In this document: positions 27,750-37,288 of the stretch, piece by piece
Layout of the letters: the number at the start of each line of letters is the position of its first letter
How positions within the stretch are numbered: position 1 is the stretch's first letter
Source of the DNA: an uncultured Acetobacteraceae bacterium
Lineage (GTDB): Bacteria; Pseudomonadota; Alphaproteobacteria; Acetobacterales; Acetobacteraceae
Length of the DNA stretch: 64,000 nt
Direction: 5' to 3'
Assembly: GCA_964244615.1 (NCBI GenBank)
Contig: CAXTJP010000001.1
Coordinates: forward strand, 27,488-91,487
Notes under the pieces: model-generated
What the model saw: only the letters and a program-made list of their open reading frames with translations
Database searches by the model: none
What the model was told of the DNA's origin: nothing
Made by a program: the position numbers and the translations under genes

Positions 27750-27857
27750 CAGCCTGCGGGGACGGCAAACACTGGCGAACTTGGCTGGGCCGGTGAGTTG
27801 GCCGACTTTAGCGAAGCGCTTGCGATCGGCCGCATCACCATGCCGGAGGAGTTGAGC

Positions 27858-29279
27858 ATGGACGGGCGGGACATCGTGACGGAGAACAGCGTATTGCAGC
27901 GCGCGCAGGCGCACGCGGAACGATTCCTCGCAAGCCTTTCCACGGCACCGTTATCGGCCACCAAGGATGCAGCCGCATTGCGGCAGGCGCTCGGCGGTCC
28001 GATGCCGGAGACGGGGACGCCGCCGGAGGAGGTCATCGATGCACTCGTGGCAGCGGTCGAGGGCGGCCTGCTTCGCTCCGGGTCCGGGCGCTTTTTCGGC
28101 TGGGTCATCGGCGGCACGCTGCCGGTGGCGCTCGCGGCCGACTGGATGACCGCCGTCTGGGATCAGAACGCGGCCTCCTATGCCACCAGCCCGGCCGCAT
28201 CGGTGGCGGAGGAGGTCTGCGGCACGTGGCTGAAGGACGTGCTGATGCTGCCGCCGGACGCGTCGTTCGCCATCGTCACAGGATGTCAGATGGCGCATGC
28301 CACCGCGCTTGCGGCCGCCCGACACCGGCTGCTGCAGCGCCGTGGCATCGATGTGGAGGCCGACGGGCTCGCGGGTGCACCGCGCATACGGATCCTCACC
28401 GGGGCGCACAGGCACGAATCCCTGCTGCGCGCGGCCAGGCTGCTCGGGCTGGGATCGCGCTGCGTCGAACTGGTCGCCTGCGATCCCGACGGCAGGCTGT
28501 CGATGGCCGCCCTGGCTCGGGCGCTGGCTGCCGACGCGGGACCGACCATCGTCGTGCTGCAGGCCGGCGACATGAACACCGGCAGGTTCGACGATTTCGG
28601 ACAGGCCTGTGCGCTGGCGCACGCGGCCGGCGCCTGGGTGCATGTGGACGGCGCCTTCGGCCTCTGGGCGGCCGTCAGCGAACGAACGCGTCACCTGCTG
28701 AACGGCGCGTCGCAAGCCGATAGCTGGGTGACCGACGGGCACAAATGGCTGAACCAGGGTTTCGATTCGGGCTACGTGTTCGTCGCGGATGCGGTCGCGC
28801 ACCGGGCCGCCTTCGCCTTGGAAACCCAATACAGCCACGCCGTGGAAGGCACGCGTCGGCAGATCGACTGGAACCCGGAATGGTCGCGCCGTGCGCGCGT
28901 GTTCTCGGTGTACGCGTCGTTGCGCGGCCTGGGGCGCAGCGGTTTGTGCGAGCTGATCGAACGGTGCTGCGACATGACGCGCCGGCTCGTGGCGGCCCTG
29001 GAGCAGCTGCCTGGCGTGGTGGTGCTGGCGGCGCCGGTCATCAACCAGGCGCTCGTCTGTTTCACCGCGCCAGACGGCCAGGACGACGAGAGGACCGATC
29101 GGGTGATCGCCGAATTGCAGGCGTCGGGCGAGGCGTGGTTCGGCGGCACGACGTGGCGTGGCCGCCGGGCGATGCGGATATCGGTCTGCAACTGGAGTAC
29201 CAACGAGAGCGATGTCGGTCGCGCCGTGCAATCCATCCGTTGCGCCATACGTGACGTGGCAGCGCAGGGCAGTCGGTAA
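27858..29279 (+). CDS. PLP-dependent group II amino acid decarboxylase (aromatic-L-amino-acid decarboxylase-like)
   Basis: Motifs RFFGWVIGG, HVDGAFG, PLP lysine TDGHKWLN and WSRRAR; GGAG RBS before ATG 27858. Confidence 0.9.
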   Translation: MDGRDIVTENSVLQRAQAHAERFLASLSTAPLSATKDAAALRQALGGPMPETGTPPEEVIDALVAAVEGGLLRSGSGRFFGWVIGGTLPVALAADWMTAVWDQNAASYATSPAASVAEEVCGTWLKDVLMLPPDASFAIVTGCQMAHATALAAARHRLLQRRGIDVEADGLAGAPRIRILTGAHRHESLLRAARLLGLGSRCVELVACDPDGRLSMAALARALAADAGPTIVVLQAGDMNTGRFDDFGQACALAHAAGAWVHVDGAFGLWAAVSERTRHLLNGASQADSWVTDGHKWLNQGFDSGYVFVADAVAHRAAFALETQYSHAVEGTRRQIDWNPEWSRRARVFSVYASLRGLGRSGLCELIERCCDMTRRLVAALEQLPGVVVLAAPVINQALVCFTAPDGQDDERTDRVIAELQASGEAWFGGTTWRGRRAMRISVCNWSTNESDVGRAVQSIRCAIRDVAAQGSR

Positions 29280-29388
29280 GCGATTCTTTTCTAAAAACAA
29301 ACAAAGAACTTTGCCTCTTGAGTCGCGCGTTGCGGAGAGTCCCGCGACAGCACGAGCAGTTTTCGCTGCTCAAAGCAGGCCTTTGCCT
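29275..29388 (-). repeat. AT-rich MITE/REP-like element, copy A (degenerate)
   Basis: Ends GGTAAG...CTTTGCCT; its reverse complement shares the core CGTGCTGTCGCGG..CAACGCGC with the copy at 61691; contains the TAA stop of the decarboxylase. Confidence 0.65.
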
Positions 29389-29400
29389 CACCAACGCGCG

Positions 29401-31461
29401 TCAGACATCCTTGGCCAATCGCAGCGCATCAAAGACGGCGGCGTGGATGTTGCGGCTGGACACCGCGTCGCCGATGCGGAACAGCTGGTAGCGCGCCTGA
29501 ACGTTGCGCACCACGGTCTGGGCGCGGCCGGCGAGCAGGGCCGCGTGGTCCACCTCGCCGCCGTTGCGCGAGCCGGGCTTCAGCGCTTCGTACAGCTCGT
29601 CGAGCGGCAACGTGCCGTGCTCGATCACCACCTGATCGACACACCGCTCCTCCGTCTGCGTCCCGTAATCGCTGCCCAGCACGGCCACCAGCGCGTTGCC
29701 GTGTCGGCGCACCGAATGCAGCCGGGTGTTGACCGTCACCCGCACGCCGCAGCGATGAAAGATGCGGGCGTAGGCGGCGTGGTTCAGGCCGCCGATCTCC
29801 GGTGCCAGCATGCGCTCGGGCGTCACGAGTTCCACCGAGGCGCCGGCTTCGGCCAGCATCTCGGCCGCCTGCATGCCGGGATGCGCCCCGTTGTCGTCGT
29901 AGACCAGCACCCGGCCCGACAATGCGGCAGCGCCACCCAGCACGTCCCAGCTCGAGACGACGAGGTCGCGGCCGTCCTGCAGCACCGCCGTGTCCGGCAC
30001 ACCGCCGGTGGCGACGAACACGGTGTCCGGGGCCAGCGCCAGCACGTCTTCGGCACCCGCATAGGTGTCGAAGCGGATCGTGGCACCCATCCGCGCCAGC
30101 TCGGACAGCCGCCAGTCCACGATGCCGATCAGTTCGCGGCGGCGCGGCGCGCGGGCCGCCAGCAGGATCTGCCCGCCGGCACGCGCGGTCGCTTCCAGCA
30201 CCGTCACCCGGTGCCCGCGCTCGGCGGACACGCGTGCCGCTTCCAGCCCGGCGGGACCGGCGCCCACCACCACCACGTGGCGCGTCGGGCCGTCGGCGCG
30301 CGGGATCACGTGCGGCATGCTGGCTTCCCGCCCGGTCGCGGCGTTGTGCACGCATAGCGCCTCGTTACCCTCGTAGATGCGGTCCAGGCAGTAGGTGGCC
30401 CCGACGCAGGGGCGTATGCGGTCTTCCTGGCCCGACAGGACCTTGCGCACGATGTGCGGCTCGGCGATGTGCGCGCGGGTCATGCCGACCATGTCGAGCT
30501 TGCCCTCGGCGATCGCGTGCCGGGCGGTCGCCACGTCGTTGATGCGGGCGGCGTGGAAGGTGGGAAAGCCGGTCGCCGCGCGCACTTCGCCGGCGAAGTC
30601 CAGGTGCTGCGCCGTGCCCATGCCGTGGATCGGGATGACGTGCGAGAGCGCGTTGTCGGTGTCCATGTGCCCGCGGATGATGTTGAGGAAGTCCACCACG
30701 CCGCCACCGGCGAAGCGGCGGGCGATCTCCACCCCGTCCGTGCGGCTCAGGCCGCTCTCCCAGTCCTCGTCGGCAACCATGCGCACGCCGATCAGGAAAT
30801 CGGGCCCCACCGCGTCGCGCATCGCCTGCAGCACGCGCACGGAGAAGCGCATGCGGTTCTCCAGCGTGCCGTTGTACTCGTCGTCGCGGTGGTTGGTGGC
30901 GGGCGACCAGAACTGGTCCGGCAGGTGGCCGTAGGCGTCGATCTCGAACCCGTCGAGCCCTGCCGCCTGCATGCGCTGTGCCGCCGCCGCGTAGTCGGCG
31001 ACGATACGGTCGAGGTCCCAGCGCTCCGCCGCCTTGGGGAAACCGCGATGCGCCGCCTCCCGCACGCGCGAGGGGGCCAGCACCGGCAGCCAGTCCGCCT
31101 TGTTCCACGCGGTACGGCGGCCGAGATGGGTGAGCTGGATCATCACCGCCGAGCCGTGCTCGTGGCACTCGTCGGACAGGCGGCGCAGCCAGGGCACGAT
31201 CTCGTCACTATAGGCGAGCAGATTGCCGAACACCGGCGGGCTGTCCGGCGAGACCACGGCGGACCCCGCCGTCATCGTCAGGGCGATGCCGCCGCGCGCT
31301 TTCTCGACATGGTAGAGCCGGTAGCGGTCCTTCGGCATGCCGTCTTCGGAGTAGGACGGCTCGTGCGCGGTGCTCATCACACGGTTGCGCAGCGTCAGGT
31401 GCCGCAACTGGTACGGCTGCATCAAGGGATCGCGGCTGATCGGCGTGGCGCTCGCGTGCAT
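29401..31461 (-). CDS. stcD: NADH:flavin oxidoreductase, StcD/HpbA-like (probable N-methylproline demethylase)
   Basis: N-terminus DPLMQPYQLRHLTLRNRVMSTAHEPSYSEDGMPKDRY, RPCVGATYCLDRIY, VVGAGPAGLEAA and C-terminus IGDAVSSRNIHAAVFDALRLAKD closely match the rhizobial stachydrine-utilisation flavoenzyme as I recall it. Confidence 0.8.
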   Translation of the reverse strand: MHASATPISRDPLMQPYQLRHLTLRNRVMSTAHEPSYSEDGMPKDRYRLYHVEKARGGIALTMTAGSAVVSPDSPPVFGNLLAYSDEIVPWLRRLSDECHEHGSAVMIQLTHLGRRTAWNKADWLPVLAPSRVREAAHRGFPKAAERWDLDRIVADYAAAAQRMQAAGLDGFEIDAYGHLPDQFWSPATNHRDDEYNGTLENRMRFSVRVLQAMRDAVGPDFLIGVRMVADEDWESGLSRTDGVEIARRFAGGGVVDFLNIIRGHMDTDNALSHVIPIHGMGTAQHLDFAGEVRAATGFPTFHAARINDVATARHAIAEGKLDMVGMTRAHIAEPHIVRKVLSGQEDRIRPCVGATYCLDRIYEGNEALCVHNAATGREASMPHVIPRADGPTRHVVVVGAGPAGLEAARVSAERGHRVTVLEATARAGGQILLAARAPRRRELIGIVDWRLSELARMGATIRFDTYAGAEDVLALAPDTVFVATGGVPDTAVLQDGRDLVVSSWDVLGGAAALSGRVLVYDDNGAHPGMQAAEMLAEAGASVELVTPERMLAPEIGGLNHAAYARIFHRCGVRVTVNTRLHSVRRHGNALVAVLGSDYGTQTEERCVDQVVIEHGTLPLDELYEALKPGSRNGGEVDHAALLAGRAQTVVRNVQARYQLFRIGDAVSSRNIHAAVFDALRLAKDV

Positions 31462-31481
31462 GGTCTGCTCCTGCGGCCTGC

Positions 31482-33071
31482 CTAACGGTCGATAGTCAGG
31501 TCGCTGGTCGGGCGGGCGCAGCACAGCAGCGCGAAGCCCTCGTCGATCTCGCTTTGCAGGATGCCGCCGTCATGGCGCATCTCGACCGTGCCGGACAGGA
31601 TGCGGCTCTTGCAAGTGCCGCAGACGCCCTTGCCGCAGGCGTAGGGCAGCCGCACGCCGGCGGCGCGGGCGGCCTCCAGCACGGTCGTGTCGCTGGGGCA
31701 GGTCACGTCGCGATCGCGGCGGGCGAAGCGAATGGCGAACACACCCGAGGCGATCCGGTCGTGAACCGGCGCGGCAGGCGCGTCACGCCGCGGCGCCGGC
31801 CCGGCGGGCGCTGCGGGTTCGCGGCGAAGCTGCAGCCCGGCACTCATGCGTTCCCCGTACCACCGGCAGAAATCGTCCACCAACCCCTCGGTGTACGGCG
31901 AGTAGGGGCCGGGCTCGTAGGCCGGGCTCACGACCCCTTGCTGGGTGATCTCCACCAGGTGGGCGTCCTGTCGGTTGGTCGCCTGCCAGACGGCCACCAG
32001 GTTGTCCGGGTCGTAATCCACGCCCTCCACCGCGTCCCTGTGCACCAGCCAGGTGGTGCGCAGCAGCGTGCGGCCGGGCTCCAGCGGCAGGACGCAGAAA
32101 GTGACCGCGTGGTCGGCCATCACGTGGTGCCAGGAGTTCGGCTGGGTCCAGAAGGTGAGCCCGCCCAGCCGCGTGTCCTTGAGGCCGCCCAGCAGCACCC
32201 GGCAGGCGCTCCTGGTGTCGCTCGTCTGGCTCTCCCCTGTCTGGTCCAGCGGCAGGCGCTCGGTCCGGTAACCGGTCGGGCGTCCGGTCAGCCGCTCGAT
32301 CCGGCGCGACGGCAGGCCGGAGGCCTCCCACCGCCCATGCATCTCCTGCACCAGCGTGTCGTAGCGCGCGGCCTGGTCCCGTTCGGCCTGGTTCAGCGAC
32401 GAGGGCGCGAAGCCGAAGCCGTAGGCGAAGAGCGGGACGGTCAGCTCCGGGTGGTTCGCCGCGCAGTGGTAGCACTCGCGGTTGTTCTCCATCGTGAGCT
32501 TCCAGTTGCCGCGCTCCACCAGATCCACCTGCCGCGCCACCTTCGCGTGACGCAGCCCGTGCGGCAGCAGGTACGGTTCCATCTCCGCCGCCATCGCCTC
32601 GATGTCGTCGGGCGGGTCCGCCGCCAGGCACACGAACAGCAGGCCGGCGACGGCGCGCAGCGCCACCGGGCGCAGCCCGCGGCAGGACGGATCGAAACCG
32701 TCGCCCATGTGGTCGGCGAACAGCAGCGCGCCGTCCAGGCCGTAGGTCCAGCTGTGGTAGCGGCACACCAGGTTGCCCACCCGGCCGGCGCCGTCCGCCA
32801 CGAGCTGCGCGCCGCGATGGCGGCAGACGTTGTGGAAGGCGCGCACCTCGCCCGAGCGGTCCCGCAGGATCAGGATCGGCGCGCGGCCGATGCGGATCGC
32901 CATCAAATCGCCCGGCTCCGGCACGTCGGGTTCCTGCCCGACGAAGATCCAGTGGCGGCCGAAGATCAGATCCATGTCGGCCTGGAACACCGCGGCGTCG
33001 GTGTAGAACGCGGCGTCGAGGCTGTGGCCGGGCCGCCGGTCGGCCAGCAGGCGCGGGAGATGGTCGGACAC
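31482..33071 (-). CDS. Rieske oxygenase alpha subunit (GbcA/Stc2-like) fused to a C-terminal plant-type [2Fe-2S] ferredoxin domain
   Basis: Rieske motifs CRHRG and CRYHSW; mononuclear Fe ligands NRECYHCAANH and QD; Pro/Ala linker; ferredoxin motif CGKGVCGTC...LLCC; GTG start at 33071. Confidence 0.9.
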   Translation of the reverse strand: MSDHLPRLLADRRPGHSLDAAFYTDAAVFQADMDLIFGRHWIFVGQEPDVPEPGDLMAIRIGRAPILILRDRSGEVRAFHNVCRHRGAQLVADGAGRVGNLVCRYHSWTYGLDGALLFADHMGDGFDPSCRGLRPVALRAVAGLLFVCLAADPPDDIEAMAAEMEPYLLPHGLRHAKVARQVDLVERGNWKLTMENNRECYHCAANHPELTVPLFAYGFGFAPSSLNQAERDQAARYDTLVQEMHGRWEASGLPSRRIERLTGRPTGYRTERLPLDQTGESQTSDTRSACRVLLGGLKDTRLGGLTFWTQPNSWHHVMADHAVTFCVLPLEPGRTLLRTTWLVHRDAVEGVDYDPDNLVAVWQATNRQDAHLVEITQQGVVSPAYEPGPYSPYTEGLVDDFCRWYGERMSAGLQLRREPAAPAGPAPRRDAPAAPVHDRIASGVFAIRFARRDRDVTCPSDTTVLEAARAAGVRLPYACGKGVCGTCKSRILSGTVEMRHDGGILQSEIDEGFALLCCARPTSDLTIDR

Positions 33072-33259
33072 GGAGGCACCTTGGTGTTTGCGGCGCATCA
33101 TTGCCCGATGGCGGGCGTGCCGGCCAACGGAAACCGGCAGGTTCGGGTCGTTTTACGCCAACTTCGTGCTGCGTCGCGAAAACGGCCTCCCACGCCGCTT
33201 CAGGGTGGTGTTACGCTCCCCAGACGTCAACGAAGGGGCACGACCTGACCACGGCACCG

Positions 33260-34348
33260 ATGATCGCGATCGAGGGCGTGAGCTGCGTGTTCGGCGCGCG
33301 CGAGCGAGAGGCGCTGGCCATGATGCGCGCCGGCGAGAGCCGCGCCGCCATCCTGGAGCGCACCGGCGCGGTGGTGGCCCTTCGCGACGTGGCGCTGCGC
33401 GTGGACGAGGGCGAGCTTCTGGTCGTCATGGGCCTGTCCGGCAGCGGCAAGAGCACGCTGCTGCGCTGCCTGAACCGCCTGGTCACGCCGGCCTGCGGCA
33501 GCATACGCGTCGCCGGCCAGGATGTGATGGCGATGGGCGATCGCCAGCTCCGCGCGTTCCGGCGGCGCAGCTTCGGCATGGTGTTCCAGCATTTCGCCCT
33601 GCTGCCGCACCGCACCGTGCTGCAGAACGTGGAGTTCGGCCTGGAGGTCCAGGGGGTGGGCCGCGCCGCCCGCCGCCGCTCGGCCGAGCAGGCCCTGGCG
33701 CTGGTGGGCCTGGCCGGCTGGGAGGGCAAGTGGCCGAGCCAGCTCTCCGGCGGCATGAAGCAGCGCGCGGGCCTGGCCAGGGCGCTGGCCGCCGACGCCA
33801 GCGTGCTGCTGATGGACGAGGCGTTCAGCGCGCTCGACCCGCTGATCCGGCGCGAGATGCAGACCGAGCTGGTTGCCCTGCAGAGGCGCGTGCGCAAGAC
33901 GATCGTCTTCGTCAGCCACGACCTGGACGAGGCCGTGGCACTCGGCGGGCGCATCGCGCTGATGATGGACGGCGTCATCGTCCAGGACGGCACGGCGGAG
34001 GGCATCCTGACCGCGCCGAAAACCCCCTATGTCCGGCGGTTCCTCGAGCACATCGACGTGGCCGGCGTGCTTCGGGTGGGAACGCTCGCCGATCGCGCCC
34101 CGCCGCCGCCCGGGCCGCGCGCCGTGCTGCGCGCCGAGATGACGCTGCGCGAGGCGCTGCCGCTGCTGGCGGACGGACCCGACGGGCTACCGGTCCAGGA
34201 TGCGGCCGGGCGTCACGTCGGCGTGCTGTCGCGCACCGCGGCACTGTCCGCCCTGGCCGGGCGGCCGAACAAGGAGGAGCCTGCGTGGCCACCGCCATCC
34301 CCCGCTTCCCGCTCGACGATCTATGCGACCGCGCCCTCGATTGGCTGA
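33260..34348 (+). CDS. proV: Glycine betaine/proline-type ABC transporter ATP-binding subunit (ProV/OpuAA-like)
   Basis: Walker A GLSGSGKS, FQHFALLPH, LSGGMKQR, DEAFSALDP and a C-terminal CBS-like segment. Confidence 0.88.
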   Translation: MIAIEGVSCVFGAREREALAMMRAGESRAAILERTGAVVALRDVALRVDEGELLVVMGLSGSGKSTLLRCLNRLVTPACGSIRVAGQDVMAMGDRQLRAFRRRSFGMVFQHFALLPHRTVLQNVEFGLEVQGVGRAARRRSAEQALALVGLAGWEGKWPSQLSGGMKQRAGLARALAADASVLLMDEAFSALDPLIRREMQTELVALQRRVRKTIVFVSHDLDEAVALGGRIALMMDGVIVQDGTAEGILTAPKTPYVRRFLEHIDVAGVLRVGTLADRAPPPPGPRAVLRAEMTLREALPLLADGPDGLPVQDAAGRHVGVLSRTAALSALAGRPNKEEPAWPPPSPASRSTIYATAPSIG

Positions 34349-35127
34349 CCGCGAACGGCGCCGGGACCACGCGTGTCCTGAGCCACGTCGTGTCTGCCTG
34401 GGTGGGCGGGCTGACCGGGGCGCTGCAGGCAGTGCCGCCGCTGCTGTTCGTCGGTGTGGCGGGCCTGCTGGCCTGGCGCGCGGCGGGCTGGCGGCTGGGG
34501 TTGCTGACGCTGGCCGGGCTGCTGTTCCTGTGGAATCTCGGCCTGTGGACGCCGATGATCGCGACGCTGGTGCTGGTGACGGTCTCGACGCTCGCCGCCG
34601 TGCTGATCGGGCTGCCGCTCGGCATCGCCGCCGCGCTGAGCCGGCGCACCTGGCGCCTGGTGTCGCCCTGCCTGGACGTGATGCAGACGATGCCGAGCTT
34701 CGTCTACCTGATCCCGGCCATCCCGTTCTTCGGCCTGGGCGCGGTTTCGGCCTGTTTCGCCACCATCATCTTCGCCGCACCGCCCACGATTCGGCTGACC
34801 GCGCTGGGCATCCTGCAGGTGCCGCACGAGCTGAGCGAGGCCGCCGACGCGTTCGGGTGCACGCCCTGGCAGAAGCTGCTGAAGGTGCAGTTGCCGCAGG
34901 CGCTGCCCACCATCATGGCGGGGATCAACCAGACGATCATGCTGGCCCTGTCGATGGTGGTGATCGCCGCGATGATCGGCGCCGGCGGGCTTGGCCGGGA
35001 GGTCTGGAGCGCCATCCAGCGGCTGCAGGCCGGGCGCGGCTTCCAGGCGGGCATCGCCATTGCCATACTGGCGGTGATCTTGGATCGGGTGACGAATGCG
35101 CTGTCGCGACGGTTGCGGACGGCTTGA
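34285..35127 (+). CDS. proW: Glycine betaine/proline-type ABC transporter permease (ProW-like)
   Basis: Motifs LDVMQTMPSFVYLIP, EAADAFG and GINQTIMLALSMVVIAAMIGAGGLG; AAGGAGG RBS before GTG 34285. Confidence 0.9.
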   Translation: MATAIPRFPLDDLCDRALDWLTANGAGTTRVLSHVVSAWVGGLTGALQAVPPLLFVGVAGLLAWRAAGWRLGLLTLAGLLFLWNLGLWTPMIATLVLVTVSTLAAVLIGLPLGIAAALSRRTWRLVSPCLDVMQTMPSFVYLIPAIPFFGLGAVSACFATIIFAAPPTIRLTALGILQVPHELSEAADAFGCTPWQKLLKVQLPQALPTIMAGINQTIMLALSMVVIAAMIGAGGLGREVWSAIQRLQAGRGFQAGIAIAILAVILDRVTNALSRRLRTA

Positions 35128-35251
35128 AAAAAAGTCTTCTTCGAGAAGAAGCAGGCTTTTATCTGCGCTGTCGCGGACAGCTGAAACGTCACTGCGACGT
35201 ATCGTATCCGAACGAAGGTTTTTCGTTCTTTTCAAAACAGCCTCCTTGCCT
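35125..35251 (+). repeat. AT-rich MITE/REP-like element, copy B
   Basis: AAGTCTTCTTCGAGAAGAAGCAGG...GCGCTGTCGCGG...GGTTTTTCGTTCTTTTCAAAACAGCCTCCTTGCCT, lying between proW and proX; left boundary approximate. Confidence 0.65.
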
Positions 35252-35268
35252 TCTCGGGACACATCGCC

Positions 35269-36108
35269 ATGAACCGCAGAGACCTGCTCATCGGCGCCGC
35301 AGCCCTTGCCGCCTCGCCCGCCCGCGCCGCCGGCAAGACGCCGGTGCGGATCGCCTATGTCGAATGGTCGGACGCGATCGTTTCCAGCAACATCCTGGCC
35401 GCCGTGCTGCAGGACATGGGGCACGAGGTCACGCTGCTTCCGGTCTCGGGTGCGGCGATGTGGCAGGCCGTGGCGTCGGGCGATGCCGACTGCATGCTGG
35501 CAGGCTGGCTGCCGACGACCCATGCCGCCTACTACGCGAAGCTGCGAGACCAGGTGGACCTGATCGGCCCCAACTTCACCGGTGCCCGGATCGGCTGGGC
35601 GACGCCGGACTACGCGCCGCTGAACGCGATCCCCGACCTCAAGACCGAGGGCGAGCTGGTGGGCAACACCGTGATCGGGATCGACGCCGGTGCGGGGATG
35701 ATGCGCGCGTCCGAACATGCGATCGAGGTGTACGGGCTCAGCAGCATCACGCTGGTCGATGGCAGCGAGGCGACCATGGTCGGTGCGCTGAAGGAGGCCA
35801 TCGCCCGCAAGCAGGCCGTCGTTGTGACCATCTGGACGCCGCACTGGATGTTTGCGGCCTGCAAGCTAAAGTTCCTTGCCGATCCGAAGGGATGTTTCGG
35901 TGGGGCCGAGACGGTGAACACGGTCGCGCGCCTCGGCCTGAAGGCCGACATGCCGGACGTCCACGCCGTGCTCAGCCGCTTTCGGCTGTCCGCGGCCGAC
36001 GAGCAGGCGGTGATGATGCAGAACCAGGCGCGCGGCGCCGACCCCGCGAAAACCGCCGCCGCCTGGGTTGCGGCCAACGCCACGCTGGTCAGGTCCTGGC
36101 GTAGCTGA
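35269..36108 (+). CDS. Glycine betaine-type ABC substrate-binding protein (OpuAC/ProX-like)
   Basis: Tat-like signal MNRRDLLIGAAALAASPARA; motifs YVEWSD, GWLPTTH, IGIDAGAG and WTPHWMF. Confidence 0.9.
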   Translation: MNRRDLLIGAAALAASPARAAGKTPVRIAYVEWSDAIVSSNILAAVLQDMGHEVTLLPVSGAAMWQAVASGDADCMLAGWLPTTHAAYYAKLRDQVDLIGPNFTGARIGWATPDYAPLNAIPDLKTEGELVGNTVIGIDAGAGMMRASEHAIEVYGLSSITLVDGSEATMVGALKEAIARKQAVVVTIWTPHWMFAACKLKFLADPKGCFGGAETVNTVARLGLKADMPDVHAVLSRFRLSAADEQAVMMQNQARGADPAKTAAAWVAANATLVRSWRS

Positions 36109-36124
36109 GCGGGGTGCCGGGCCG

Positions 36125-37288
36125 ATGATCTTCGACGTCATCGTGGTGGGCGGCGGCGGCATGGGCAGCGCCGCCGCGTGGCAACTGGCCAGACGCGGCC
36201 AGCGCGTGCTGGTGCTGGAACGTTACGACGTGCCGCACGCGCACGGCTCCTCGCACGGCATCAGCCGCATCATCCGCCTGCCCTATTACGAGAACCCCGC
36301 CTACGTCCCCCTGCTGCACCGGGCCTACGCGCTTTGGCGAGAGGCGGAGGCGGCGAGCGGCTGCGAGCTGCTGGTCACCACCGGGTCGGTCGATGCCAGC
36401 CCGGAATGGGATCCGCTGTTCCAGGGCGCGCTCGCCTCGGCCCGGCTGCACGGTCTGCGGCACGAGGTGCTGACCGGTGCCGAGGTCAACGCCCGTTTTC
36501 CCGGCTACCGGCTGCCGGAGCGCCACCGCGCGGTGTTCCAGCCCGATGGCGGCCTGATCGCGAGCGAGCGCGCCGTGGTGGCTCACATCGCCCTCGCCCA
36601 GGCGAACGCCGCCGTGGTCCGGGCGCGCGAGAAGGTGCTGGGCTGGGAGGCGGCCGGCGGCGGCGAAGGGGTGACCGTGACCACGAGCCGCGGCCGCTAC
36701 CAGGCCGGCCGGCTAGTGCTGACAGCCGGCGCCTGGATGGGCGAGCTGGTTCCCCTGCTGGCCGGGCGGGCGGTTGCCGAACGCCAGGTGCTGGCCTGGC
36801 TGCAGCCGCACGAGCCCGCGCTGTTCAGCCCCGGCCGGTTCCCGGTGTTCAACCTTCAGGTGGAGGAAGGCCGCTACTACGGCCTGCCGATCTACGAGGT
36901 GCCGGGCTTCAAGTTCGGCCGCTACCACCACCAGGGGGAGAGCGGCCACCCGGAGGCGCTGCTGCGCGAGCCGGACGACGCCGACGAGCGCCTGCTGCGC
37001 GCCTTTGGCGAGCGCTACTTCCCGGCGGGGTCGGGACCCGTGATGGCGCTGCGTGCCTGCCTGTTCACCAACACGCCCGACGAGCACTTCATCCTCGACC
37101 ACCATCCGCATTACGGGCAGGTCGTGCTCGCCTCGCCGTGCAGCGGCCACGGCTACAAGTTCTGCAGCGTGGTCGGAGAGATCCTGGCGGACCTCGCCAC
37201 TGGAGACGGCACCACCCGGCACGACATCGGTTTCCTGCGTCTGAACCGTCCCAGCCTGGCCGAACACCCGGCGCTCGGCGTTGCGTAG
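36125..37288 (+). CDS. solA: Monomeric sarcosine oxidase / N-methyltryptophan oxidase family flavoenzyme
   Basis: Motifs VVGGGGMGSA, HAHGSSHGISRIIR, CLFTNTPDEHF and SPCSGHGYKF. Confidence 0.85.
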   Translation: MIFDVIVVGGGGMGSAAAWQLARRGQRVLVLERYDVPHAHGSSHGISRIIRLPYYENPAYVPLLHRAYALWREAEAASGCELLVTTGSVDASPEWDPLFQGALASARLHGLRHEVLTGAEVNARFPGYRLPERHRAVFQPDGGLIASERAVVAHIALAQANAAVVRAREKVLGWEAAGGGEGVTVTTSRGRYQAGRLVLTAGAWMGELVPLLAGRAVAERQVLAWLQPHEPALFSPGRFPVFNLQVEEGRYYGLPIYEVPGFKFGRYHHQGESGHPEALLREPDDADERLLRAFGERYFPAGSGPVMALRACLFTNTPDEHFILDHHPHYGQVVLASPCSGHGYKFCSVVGEILADLATGDGTTRHDIGFLRLNRPSLAEHPALGVA

